From assembly GCA_964016885.1 (NCBI GenBank), contig CAXHJY010000861.1, positions 186,001 through 250,000 on the forward strand: a DNA stretch of 64,000 nt. Direction: 5' to 3'. Positions 38,955-51,929 of the stretch are shown here, piece by piece. Position numbers and translations under genes: made by a program. Under the pieces are notes generated by a model that saw nothing but the letters and a program-made list of their open reading frames with translations, did no database searches and was not told the origin of the DNA. Source of the DNA: Eledone cirrhosa (Eukaryota). Every line of letters begins with the position of its first letter. Position 1 is the stretch's first letter.

Positions 38955-39142
38955 TAATTGTTTCTACTTTAGGCACAAGGCCAGCAAATTCCCAGTGTAT
39001 TACTGGTACTTTATTTTATCGACCCTGTAAGGATGAAAGGCAAAGTTAACCTCAGCGGGATTTGAACTCAGACTGTAAAGAGACGTAACTATGCTAGAAA
39101 GCATGGCGTCCGACCCTCAACCGATACTGCCAATCCACTGAC
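38955..39142 (-). mobile_element. SINE, same family as 26621, inverted relative to 38195
   Basis: actggtactttattttatcgaccctgtaaggatgaaag is the reverse complement of the core. Confidence 0.8.
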
Positions 39143-40057
39143 AATAATGAAGATGATTTCAGTATTTTATATACCTCTCATGTCTTCACCAATATTTACA
39201 AGTTCTCCAACTTTCCACAGTGTAATTCTCTTCTTATTCACAATGAAAGACTTAGTTAAAAGGAATGTAAGCTAGTTGTAAACAATTCTCTAAGTCATTG
39301 GCTTTGCTACCATTAACTTGCTCAACCAAATCTTCTTGGTATCAAACTGTTTTGTTTTTTTTCATTATCCTGACCAGGTCATAAGAATTAAGTTCGTTAT
39401 ATAATTAATGTATGAAAGTATTCTGAGTAATTAAAGTCATTATTCTGCTCAAAGTTCTAATGTAGCGTACATATTATAAATGGATTTTAATAACTATTAA
39501 TTGTTTTTCTTGGAACATTTAAATGAACACTCCTATTTTAAAAGGTATCCTTTCTTGAATCCTTCTTCGGAAAATAAATAGGATTTCTAATTTAGGCCCA
39601 AGGGCAGCAGTTTTTAGGAAGGGTAAAGTAGATTGACTCCAGTATTTAACTGGTACTTTATTTCATAATTCCCAGAACAATGCCAGAGGTGACCTCATTA
39701 AACAACACCAATGATTTCTAACATTAGAACCAGATCTCCTTCCAATAACAAAATAGTAAAGGACACATGAGATAATGTACTCTTAGATACCACTAAACTG
39801 ATGAGATGGTCATGACTGGAACTTCACTAATGTTTGCTAGATTAGGATTGACCTGATACAAAAATGTTTGTTTTAAAGTGAATATATTTCTATAAACTAT
39901 TCCAAAATAATTTTATGTAAGAAACTTTAAGTTATATTCCAAACACCAGATAAATAATAATAAACTTAGTTATATTACTAAATCCCTCAAAATTCTTTAT
40001 TTTCAAAAGTTCGTGAAATATTTTAATTTTTATAAACAGACACAAATGAAATCTAGC

Positions 40058-43000
40058 ACAACATAGAAAGGATACATGTTTAGCCCTCTCTCTCTCTTCC
40101 AACATAGAAAGGATACATGTTTAGTTCTCTCTCTCTTGTCCAACATAGAAAGGATACATGTTTAGTTCTCTCTCTCTTGTCCAACATAGAAAGGATACAT
40201 GTTTAGCTCTCTCTCTCTCACAACACAGAAAGGATACATGTTTAGTTCTCTCTCTCTTGTCCAACATAGAAAAGATACATGTTTAGTTCTCTCTCTCTTG
40301 TCCAACATAGAAAGGATACATGTTTAGTTCTCTCTCTCTTGTCCAACATAGAAAGGATACATGTTTAGTTCTCTCTCTCTTGTCCAACATAGAAAGGATA
40401 CATGTTTAGTTCTCTCTCTCTTGTCCAACATAGAAAGGATACATGTTTAGTTCTCTCTCTCTCGTCCAACATAGAAAGGATACATGTTTAGTTCTCTCTC
40501 TCTCGTCCAACATAGAAAGGATACATGTTTAGTTCTCTCTCTCTTGTCCAACATAGAAAGGATACATGTTTAGTTCTCTCTCTCTTGTCCAACATAGAAA
40601 GGATACATGTTTAGTTCTCTCTCTCTTGTCCAACATAGAAAGGATACATGTTTAGTTCTCTCTCTCTCTTGTCCAACATAGAAAGGATACATGTTTAGTT
40701 CTCTCTCTCTTGTCCAACATAGAAAGGATACATGTTTAGTTCTCTCTCTCTCGTCCAACATAGAAAGGATACATGTTTAGTTCTCTCTCTCTCGTCCAAC
40801 ATAGAAAGGATACATGTTTAGTTCTCTCTCTCTCGTCCAACATAGAAAGGATACATGTTTAGTTCTCTCTCTCTCGTCCAACATAGAAAGGATACATGTT
40901 TAGTTCTCTCTCTCTCGTCCAACATAGAAAGGATACATGTTTAGTTCTCTCTCTCTTGTCCAACATAGAAAGGATACATGTTTAGCTCTCTCTCTCTCAC
41001 AACACAGAAAGGATACATGTTTAGTTCTCTCTCTCTTGTCCAACATAGAAAAGATACATGTTTAGTTCTCTCTCTCTTGTCCAACATAGAAAGGATACAT
41101 GTTTAGTTCTCTCTCTCTTGTCCAACATAGAAAGGATACATGTTTAGTTCTCTCTCTCTTGTCCAACATAGAAAGGATACATGTTTAGTTCTCTCTCTCT
41201 TGTCCAACATAGAAAGGATACATGTTTAGTTCTCTCTCTCTCGTCCAACATAGAAAGGATACATGTTTAGTTCTCTCTCTCTCGTCCAACATAGAAAGGA
41301 TACATGTTTAGTTCTCTCTCTCTTGTCCAACATAGAAAGGATACATGTTTAGTTCTCTCTCTCTTGTCCAACATAGAAAGGATACATGTTTAGTTCTCTC
41401 TCTCTTGTCCAACATAGAAAGGATACATGTTTAGTTCTCTCTCTCTCTTGTCCAACATAGAAAGGATACATGTTTAGTTCTCTCTCTCTTGTCCAACATA
41501 GAAAGGATACATGTTTAGTTCTCTCTCTCTCGTCCAACATAGAAAGGATACATGTTTAGTTCTCTCTCTCTCGTCCAACATAGAAAGGATACATGTTTAG
41601 TTCTCTCTCTCTCGTCCAACATAGAAAGGATACATGTTTAGTTCTCTCTCTCTCGTCCAACATAGAAAGGATACATGTTTAGTTCTCTCTCTCTCGTCCA
41701 ACATAGAAAGGATACATGTTTAGTTCTCTCTCTCTCGTCCAACATAGAAAGGATACATGTTTAGTTCTCTCTCTCTCGTCCAACATAGAAAGGATACATG
41801 TTTAGTTCTCTCTCTCTTGTCCAACATAGAAAGGATACATGTTTAGTTCTCTCTCTCTCGTCCAACATAGAAAGGATACATGTTTAGTTCTCTCTCTCTC
41901 GTCCAACATAGAAAGGATACATGTTTAGTTCTCTCTCTCTCGTCCAACATAGAAAGGATACATGTTTAGTTCTCTCTCTCTCGTCCAACATAGAAAGGAT
42001 ACATGTTTAGTTCTCTCTCTCTTGTCCAACATAGAAAGGATACATGTTTAGTTCTCTCTCTCTTGTCCAACATAGAAAGGATACATGTTTAGTTCTCTCT
42101 CTCTTGTCCAACATAGAAAGGATACATGTTTAGTTCTCTCTCTCTTGTCCAACATAGAAAGGATACATGTTTAGTTCTCTCTCTCTTGTCCAACATAGAA
42201 AGGATACATGTTTAGTTCTCTCTCTCTCGTCCAACATAGAAAGGATACATGTTTAGGTCTCTCTCTCTTGTCCAACATAGAAAGGATACATGTTTAGCTC
42301 TCTCTCTCGTCCAACATAGAAAGGATACATGTTTAGCTCTCTCTCTCACAACATAGAAAGGGATACATGTTTAGCTCTCTCTCTCAACACAGAAAGGATA
42401 CATGTTTAGTTCTCTCTCTCTTGTCCAACATAGAAAGGATACATGTTTAGCTCTCTGTCTCTCTCTCTCACAACGTAGAAAGGGATACATGTTTAGCTCT
42501 CTCTCTCTCTCTCTCACAACATAGAAAGGATACATGTTTAGCTCTCTCTCACCACATAGAAAGGATACATGTTTAGCTCTCTCTCTCTCTCACCACATAG
42601 AAAGGATACATGTTTAGCTCTCTCTCACAACATAGAAAGGATACATGTTTAGTTCTCTCTCTCTTGTCCAACATAGAAAGGATACATGTTTAGTTCTCTC
42701 TCTCTTGTCCAACATAGAAAGGATACATGTTTAGCCCTCTCTCTCTCGTCCAACATAGAAAGGATACATGTTTAGTTCTCTCTCTCTTGTCCAACATAGA
42801 AAGGATACATGTTTAGTTCTCTCTCTCTTGTCCAACATAGAAAGGATACATGTTTAGCCCTCTCTCTCTCTCGTCCAACATAGAAAGGATACATGTTTAG
42901 TTCTCTCTCTCTTGTCCAACATAGAAAGGATACATGTTTAGTTCTCTCTCTCTTGTCCAACATAGAAAGGATACATGTTTAGCCCTCTCTCTCTCTCGTC

Positions 43001-45225
43001 CAACATAGAAAGGATACATGTTTAGTTCTCTCTCTCTTGTCCAACACAGAAAGGATACATGTTTAGTTCTCTCTCTCGTCCAACATAGAAAGGATACATG
43101 TTTAGTTCTCTCTCTCTTGTCCAACACAGAAAGGATACATGTTTAGTTCTCTCTCTCTTGTCCAACATAGAAAGGATACATGTTTAGTTCTCTCTCTCTT
43201 GTCCAACATAGAAAGGATACATGTTTAGTTCTCTCTCTCTTGTCCAACACAGAAAGGATACATGTTTAGTTCTCTCTCTCTTGTCCAACATAGAAAGGAT
43301 ACATGTTTAGTTCTCTCTCTCTTGTCCAACATAGAAAGGATACATGTTTAGCCCTCTCTCTCTCTCTCGTCCAACATAGAAAGGATACATGTTTAGTTCT
43401 CTCTCTCTTGTCCAACACAGAAAGGATACATGTTTAGTTCTCTCTCTCTTGTCCAACATAGAAAGGATACATGTTTAGCCCTCTCTCTCTCTCGTCCAAC
43501 ATAGAAAGGATACATGTTTAGTTCTCTCTCTCTTGTCCAACATAGAAAGGATACATGTTTAGTTCTCTCTCTCTTGTCCAACATAGAAAGGATACATGTT
43601 TAGCCCTCTCTCTCTCTCGTCCAACATAGAAAGGATACATGTTTAGTTCTCTCTCTCTTGTCCAACATAGAAAGGATACATGTTTAGCTCTCTCTCTCTC
43701 TCTCACAACGTAGAAAGGGATACATGTTTAGCTCTCTCTCTCTCACAACATAGAAAGGATACATGTTTAGCTCTCTCTCTCTCTCACAACATAGAAAGGA
43801 TACATGTTTAGCTCTCTCTCTCTCACAACATAGAAAGGATACATGTTTAGCTCTCTCTCTCTCTCTCACAACTTAGAAAGGATACATGTTTAGCTCTCTT
43901 TCTCAACATAGAAAGGGATACAGGTTTAGCTCTCTCTCTCTCACAACATAGAAAGGATACATGTTTAGCTCTCTCTCTCTCACAACATAGAAAGGATACA
44001 TGTTTAGCTCTCTCTCTCTCACAACATAGAAAGGATACATGTTTAGCTCTCTCTCTCTCACAACATAGAACGGATACATGTTTAGCTCTCTCTCTCTCAC
44101 AACATAGAAAGGATACATGTTTAGCTCTCTCTCTCTCACAACATAGAACGGATACATGTTTAGCTCTCTCTCTCTCACAACATAGAACGGATACATGTTT
44201 AGCTCTCTCTCTCACAACATAGAAAGGATACATGTTTAGCTCTCACAACATAGAAAGGATACATGTTTAGCTCTGTCTCTCTCTCACAACATAGAAAGGA
44301 TACATGTTTAGCTATCTCTCTCTCACAGCATAGAAAGGATACATGTTTAGCTCTCACAACATAGAAAGGATACATGTTTAGCTCTGTCTCTCTCTCACAA
44401 CATAGAAAGGATACATGTTTAGCTCTCTCTCTCTCACAGCATAGAAAGGATACATGTTTAGCTCTCTCTCTCTCTCACAGCATAGAAAGGATACATGTTT
44501 AGCTCTCACAACATAGAAAGGATACATGTTTAGCTCTGTCTCTCTCTCACAACATAGAAAGGATACATGTTTAGCTCTCTCTCTCTCACAACATAGAAAG
44601 GATACATGTTTAGCTCTCACAACATAGAAAGGATACATGTTTAGCTCTGTCTCTCTCTCACAACATAGAAAGGATACATGTTTAGCTCTCTCTCTCTCAC
44701 AGCATAGAAAGGATACATGTTTAGCTCTCTCTCTCTCTCACAACATAGAAAGGATACATGTTTAGCTCTCTCTCTCTCTCACAGCATAGAAAGGATACAT
44801 GTTTAGCTCTCTCTCTCTCTCTCACAACATAGAAAGGATACATGTTTAGCTCTCTCTCTCTCTCACAACATAGAAAGGATACATGTTTAGCTCTGTCTCT
44901 CTCTCACAACATAGAAAGGGATACATGTTTAGCTCTCTCTCTCTCTCACAGCATAGAAAGGATACATGTTTAGCTCTCTCTCTCTCACAGCATAGAAAGA
45001 ATACATGTTTAGCTCTCTCTCTCACAGCATAGAAAGGATACATGTTTAGCTCTCTCTCTCTCACAGCATAGAAAGGATACATGTTTTGCTCTCTCTCTCT
45101 CTCACAACATAGAAAGGATACATGTTTAGCTCTCTCTCTTTCACAACATAGAAAGGATACATGTTTAGCTCTCTCTCTCTCACACAACATAGAAAGGGAT
45201 ACATGTTTAGCTCTCTCTCTCTCAC
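40058..45225. repeat. ~32-45-bp minisatellite with an embedded variable (CT)n, ~130 copies
   Basis: CAACATAGAAAGGATACATGTTTAG followed by (CT)n and then TGTC, CGTC or CA. Confidence 0.97.
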
Positions 45226-45334
45226 ACACTCTCTCTCACTCACACTCTCTTACACACTCACTCTCACACACCCTCTCTCTCACTCACACACTCTCTCTCA
45301 CTCTCACACCCACTCACTCCCTCTCTCACTCTCT

Positions 45335-45562
45335 CTTCATCTCTTCATCTATGGGATTGATCCAGGTCAAATCAGATTGGATCAGAGCCAACCTAATCTG
45401 ATCTGATCCAACCCATTTTGATCCAGTCCTAGCCGACCCGATCTGGCCCAATCTGGTCCAGAGCAATCCGACCCAGTCCAGTCTGATGTGATTTGTGCCA
45501 ATCTGATCTGGGATGATCCGATCCGGTCTGGCCCAATTCAATCTGATCCAATCCAGTCCAAT
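45335..45562. repeat. Degenerate pentamer repeat (GATCC/AATCT)
   Basis: Direct reading. Confidence 0.8.
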
Positions 45563-45753
45563 TCGATGTTTTGTTCAGACCTGGAGAAGGATGAACTCTG
45601 CCAGGTTTAAGATGCCCAAGACATACTGTTTGTCAGAACACTCCCCACCCAACTCTATGAGCCCTACCTTTACCTTTTTGTTGACCAGAACTCTCACAGA
45701 TATGTAACAATGGTGGGAAGTTTATTGAATTGACCGATATATGACTGGTATTT

Positions 45754-48700
45754 AAAAAATAATAATAATGAAATATTGTGTACAGTGCTCAGGTGCACTA
45801 CAACTCATCAAAAAGTGTATGTATAGTACATAGGGTAATGCACAAACGTCAGGAAAATGAACAGTGCATGAGTCATGATATACACATGTGCATGTGTATG
45901 GAAGGGGTACATCAGGTGTAGTTTTGGCGAATTTTGGGAAGCATGAGGGTTTTAAAGGATGCAGTGTCTCAGCAGCTAACAACTGACACAGGCAGTTTGT
46001 TCCATGCTTCAGCAACTCTGAGCGTGAAAAAATGTTTCCGAAAGTCATGGGAACTGTGCTGTTTTCTGATTTTGTAGGCATGTCCACGTGTGTTAGGATT
46101 GTTGTTGGCGAGATGGTTAATAACTTTGTGGGTGTTTACCAAATCCATTGCCAGACGTCGGAGCGTCAATGAATCCATGCCCAGGGAAGCAAGGCGTTCA
46201 GAGTATGGTAGGAGTCTGGTGGAGGGTATGCGCTTGGTTGCACGTCTCTGAACAGTTTCCAGGAAGTCAATGTTCTGAGCAAGATAGGGGTTCCAGACTG
46301 ATGATGCGAATTCCAAGTGTGGTCGCACCATAGCTGTATACAGTTTTAAATAGATGGCTGGAGAGCGGCTAACAAAGGTCTTGCTGAGTGATGCCAAGAC
46401 ACCCTCGGCCTTCTTGACAATCTTAGAGACATGCTTTATCCAACGCAAATCGCTGCTGACAGTAATGCCCAGGTCACGTTCACAAGAGGACTTCTTGATA
46501 TCAGTGTTGTGGAGGGAGTATGTGGACGCTGGATTTTTCCTCCCAAAATGCATGGTGGTACACTTGTCCACAGCCAGCTTCAGTTGCCAGTCTGTGATCC
46601 ATTGCTGCATTGTGTCCAGGTCTGATTGTAGGGAAGAGTTGTAGATTTCAAGATCAGTCCTTTTGATTTCAAGGTACAGCTTGATGTCATCTGCATATTT
46701 CAGTACCGTGGCATTCTTTAAGTTAGCATCTATGTCATTAATATATGCCACAAACAAAAGGGGACCAAGAACAGACATCTCATATGGTGAAGAATGCTGT
46801 CCTAGAACCGTGACTACCTCTTTTCGGCTGAGAATGAAGGATTTCAACCAGTTAAAAAGATCATCCCTCACACCCATTGCAGAGAGTTTTACCATAAGTC
46901 TTGTGTGACACAGAATTAAAAGCCTTAGCGAAGTCAAGGTAAACAACATCCACCCATGAGCCTCTGTCAGTGATCCGAGTAATGTCTTCAAGGAACTCGA
47001 TAAGCTGATCACAACAGCTGGAGTTAGGGATAAATCCAAACTGCGAGGGCCGGATGAGGCTGTGAGAGCTCCAGAAGTTCCAAAGTGTTTCTCTGACAGG
47101 ATTCCATCAGTTTGGCAATATAGCTGGTAAGACTGACTGGACGATAGTTGACAGGTGACGTGCGGTTGCCCTTTTTGAACAGGGGACTGACACTGGCAGT
47201 TTTCCACTGCCCCGGTGTAGCACCATTGCTGAGACAGTATTGAAAGAAAGAAAGAAAGCTGGTGCAAAAGGAAGTACCCGCCACGTTTGAGAAGCAGGTA
47301 TGTAACACCATCAAGACCAGGGGAGGCATAGTTGCGTTTATTCTTAAGGTGACGTCCGTCGCAACATTGCAGGTGTAAATTCCATAGTTGTTATGGAATT
47401 TGATGTTAGAGATGGTGGAGATGGTACATTCTGGTTTTCAACAGTAAAAATGCTTGCATAGCACTCAGCAATGAGTTCTGCGCATTCTTTGGGATCGTCA
47501 GTGATCTGGCTTGTGTGGGGATTGCGAAGAGGACCAACTGGAGAGTGAGGTCTCTGCTTTGAATGAACATATTTCCAGAACACCTTACTGTCAGGATTGG
47601 TTGCTATGCACTGTTCAAATTCAAGCACTGCCTTCTTTGTCACTTGCTTGAGATGGTTGGAAGATTCATTCCGCTTTTTTCTGTTGGCATCTGATTTATG
47701 CAGTTTATATTCTCGTTCAGCGTTCCGACGTTCTTTCCTGGCAAGTCGAACCGCTGAAGTTTCCCAAATTGCACTTTTGGGGTGGTTTTTTTTCTGCTTA
47801 CGTGGCACTGATGCTGCACACGCTATCCATATTGAGTCCAGGATGCTCTGGAGTATAGTGTTCACATCTCTAGAGTTATAGAACTCATGCCAGTTTGGGC
47901 GCTGTAGCTCAGTGCAGTACAAGTTCCAATCTGCTATCTTCCAATCAAAGCAAGCAGATTGGAGATGTTTCTGGTTTTTGTTGCTGCCTGCAAGAGCCAG
48001 ATTGGCAATGATCATAGCATGATCAGAGTCGCCTAGAGGTTCCTCAGTGTACAACTGATAACCACTTCAGGAGTAGTGTTGGGGAGCTGACTACTTGTGA
48101 CCAGTTTGAGTCCAGCACTAGCTCAAGGAAATTGTTTGCACTTTGTGGCCAACGAAAGGTTTCCCAATCGATCTCAGGATGATTGAAGTCACCTGCAATA
48201 AACACATAAGTGGTTGTTTTCCTGGCAGCAGCTCTGAGGATATCGCAAAGCTGTGTGTCCTGATGGTAGTTTGGGGGGCGATAAACAACACCAAGCAGAA
48301 GTGTTGACATGGTCATACGTATATCACAAAAAAAAACTTCTTGTGATTCGTTCAAATCAACGCAAGAAATTACCGAAAAGTTTGAACGAACGTAGACCAT
48401 CACACCACCACCACGGCGATTAATGCGGTCCTTGCGGAAAAGGTTGTACCCAGTAATGCTGAAAACCTCATCACAGAGTAAGGAATGTGCCCAGGTTTCC
48501 GTGACTGTGATGAAGTTAGGGTCGATGCTTCTGACGTAGGAGTTAAACAGATGTACTTTATTGCATAAACTGCGAGCATTTAAGGACAACAATTTGTACC
48601 CTGCTTACAGTTTATGATGGTGTGTAGAGGATGGCAGGTTGTTCTGGTTTAGTTTCCCTGAGTTGTTGCAGTTTTTTCATTGCCAGTTATTGTGGGTAGA

Positions 48701-50220
48701 GCACACTCAGACCAGCTGGTATCTCTCTTCCACGTTTCACCAGCCTTAACAAACCTCCAGATCTGCCCATCATCACGCAGACTAAAACTTTCATGTTGTG
48801 CTGAGTTCCGATTCAAGGAAGCTGCAGCACGTAGCTTTGGACGTACATGGGGTGGTAGGCCTGGGCGTGTTCGGAAGGTAATCCGATTTTCACGCCCAGC
48901 TTTAACAGAGGCCAGATGATATGAAATTGCCTCAGCGGGGTCCGAAAAAGACAGCCTGATGAGTCTGGGTTTTGAACCAGGTCAACCAAGGTAGAGAGCA
49001 CCCTTTGGGGGAACACAGCCTAGGTCTTTGGCTGAGCTGGCAGCAAATTCCTGAAGATCAGCCTTGTCCTCTGGTACCCCAATGGCAATTACTTCATGGG
49101 AAGCAGATTCCGCAGTCTTCTCAGTGTGCCCAGATACGGCAATAGGTACAGGGAGATTCTTTAGCAAAGCATTTCGATAAGACCCCTCGTTGTGGGGTCC
49201 TACCCGAATGCTTGCTTTTATTCCTATTACTTCCCTTCTTAAAGCAGAAATCCTTTGTTGCAATTCTGCAAAATCTGTACTGGTCGGTTGTTGTTGTTTG
49301 CTGCTGCTGGTGCTGTTGTTGTTGATGATGTTCCTCCACGGGAATGGTAGGGAAGACACAGTCGCAGGTTGTTGCTGTTGTTGTTGGTGATGATGATGTT
49401 CCTCCACGGGAATGGCAGGGGAGGACACAGTCGCCGATTGTTGGTGTCGAGATGTACTGGGAGCGGAAGACATGGGTTGTTGTTGTTTCTGATGTTCTCC
49501 CACAGGAATAGCAGCAGAAGCCAGTGTCATAGGTTTTTGCCGTTGTTCAGTAACAATGGTAGAGGAAGATAGTCATCGGTATTTTGTTTTTTTTGTTGTT
49601 GTTTTTTAATAACATTGGTGGAGGCAGGCACACAGGCCAGGCACTGAAAGGACCAAGATTTTAGCTGGACCATCTCCCAGAGTCCATCCACAGGCTTCCA
49701 GAGGATCCCAGGCCCCAAAAAGAGACCTTTTTTGGGCCTGGGATCCTCTGGAAGCCTGTGGCGCATTGAAGGCAGACAGAGATGCGACAGGTTCCACATT
49801 CGACCCAGCGATTACGGAACGAGTTTTCGGGTTCCGTACAGATATGGCAGGTGTGGTTTTCTGGGCAATGTTCTATTTTGGAACATCGACCAGTTTTGTC
49901 GCATACTTCATCCATGGATATCACCATGGCAATTTTGTTATTTCTGCCCATCCGTAGAAAAACACAGAATGTAAACAATATAGGTTTAGCGCACTTGATT
50001 ACGATAGAAATAAAATGTCTGGGTTTTTTTTTGGTTTTTTTGTGTATTTTGTTTCCGTTTTCCTAAATATTGTGTGTACAAAAGAGTCTGCGCATGTAAA
50101 CAAACAAATATGCTGCGTAAGTTAACGAGATAAATGTTTGTTTATGTTTTGTTTTTGTATTTCTGTTTCTGTTTTCCTATGTATTGTGTGTGTGTGTATA
50201 CAAAAAGATCTGCACACGAA
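45754..50220 (-). mobile_element. Near full-length degenerate CR1-clade LINE (ORF1 with PHD finger; ORF2 APE + RT)
   Basis: APE at 47990-48592 (LNARSL, VTETW, GGGV, VYRPP, GDFN, SDH). RT/thumb at 45969-47330 (NYRPVSL, SVLGPLLF, YADD, RDLG, VRPHLEF, VQRRATK, TRGH). ORF1 has CHIC...CGTC...CLQC...CLAC. The (TTA)n tail is at ~45757-45768. Several frameshifts. Confidence 0.92.
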
Positions 50221-50230
50221 TATATAATTA

Positions 50231-50612
50231 TTATAATGACTGATTGCTACGATTTGATTTGATTTTCGCCAACAAATTATATATCATCATCATCATCATG
50301 ATATATAATTAAAAGGTGTATGTGGGTTAGAAGCAAAGTCAATGTTCAGAAAGATTTTACAAATGTACGTAAGATTGGCCGGTATAGTGTCTCACACGAA
50401 ATAGTGTGGTTTCTTTTCACTTGTGTGTATATGCATGTGGTATGTATCTGTATATAGATTTGTGTGTATATTGTTGTTTATAGATTTTGTGAAGTACTTA
50501 CTGCGATCCCTAAGGGATGTAGTGATTTGTTTTTTGTTTTTTTTCCCGTCCATGTCCACACGTGGTTTGTTGGCGAAAATCAAATCAAATCGTAGCAATC
50601 AGAGTCATTATA
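50231..50612. mobile_element. Small element bounded by 46-bp inverted repeats
   Basis: ttataatgactgattgctacgatttgatttgattttcgccaacaaa (50231-50276) versus its reverse complement with a 2-nt indel (50566-50613). Confidence 0.7.
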
Positions 50613-50614
50613 AG

Positions 50615-50730
50615 GCTTAAGACAAAATGCCTTGTGGTATTTGCTTCTGTCTTTCAAGTTCAAATTGTGCCAATGTTAACTTTGCCTTTAATATCTCTCA
50701 GGGTCAATAAAATAAAGTACCAATCCAGAG
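50615..50730 (+). mobile_element. Partial SINE (Deu/Nin-like core)
   Basis: cagggtcaataaaataaagtacca. Confidence 0.6.
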
Positions 50731-51929
50731 TTCATATTAAAATGCTTACTGCTCATATCCAAATTATCTCACATTAAAAAATGTATTGCTCATCTTGTCC
50801 CCATATTGCTTCATATTCCATTCTCAGGATCCTTCTTTTTCTTTGATTAGTTTCAGTTCAAAACTTGAGAAAGTGCAGACAGTCAAAACAAATATCACAT
50901 GACATTTAGTCCTATGTTTTAACAACTCTGCCAATTTGCTGCCTGAAAGACAGTTATATTTTTTACCACATTCCCAATGAAAAAGGCAGCATATATTTTA
51001 CAAATTATCTTGAAAATACTAATAAACTGGGAGTGATTTAGTAATATAGCAGCACTCCTGCCTTGTCTCCCATCAAGTAAATAAAACCCAGCCATGAAAA
51101 GATAAGACTATTTTTAATTAATTTTCCTCGCTTTCTTCTTTTGAGGTTCCCCGATCATTTATTTCAATGTTCACTGTTTGTTAAATGCTTCTTCTTCTTC
51201 TCACTTCATGGCCCTATCGGCACCATCTTCTCCCCTATCCCTGGTCTCTGTCCTAAACAAGCAAACAACATGTGGCGTTCCTGTCCTGTCTCTCTCAAAG
51301 TAAAACCCAGCCGATGGTTCTATTGTCTCCACACCCTACCTTCCTGTCCCCTAACCACCAGCTTCCAGTTAGCTGACATTCCTTGCACCCCCCCCCCATC
51401 CCTCAACTGTCTTTCCCCGTTGCTTTCCTCACCCACCCTGCTACATCACCAAGGTTGGAAAAGACTGCACACGACAGATGTGGACTCAGCTAGCCGTAGT
51501 GAAGGCACACATCTAGGAGGGCAATGACTCTTGCTGTAGACATGGACTCCATAGGACATAGTGAAGGCAACCTGTCTAGGAGAGTAGACACTCCAAGTAA
51601 AAAAGGTGATATGGGTGGAGAGGGATCTTGAGTCTAGTAAGACAACCCCTCTAGTACTGGTGGCACAAATAATGTACCCAGTCTATGCTGTAAAGTGGTT
51701 GGTGATAGGAAGGGCATCCAGCCAGAAAAACCCTGCCAAAAATATGACAGCACAAATAAGATTTTCACTAATTGTGTATACAGTGTTAATACTAGTTATG
51801 TTAGTACTGCGCATGGTAGTGGGGTGGCTAGAGTAGCTATGTGCGAGAACCCTCAACTGTCATCAAGCAACTGCACAATCACTTTCCCTTTGAGGTACAT
51901 CAAACCTCTACCCAAAAGAAATAACAGCA

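Noticed and set aside
39175-39390. Possible minus-strand exon with donor GAG|gtat
   Set aside because: It has an in-frame stop in phase 0 and no resemblance to MCD.
40058-45225. CRISPR-like appearance (constant core plus variable linker)
   Set aside because: The linkers are only (CT)n length variants, not unique spacers. There are no cas genes and the context is eukaryotic.
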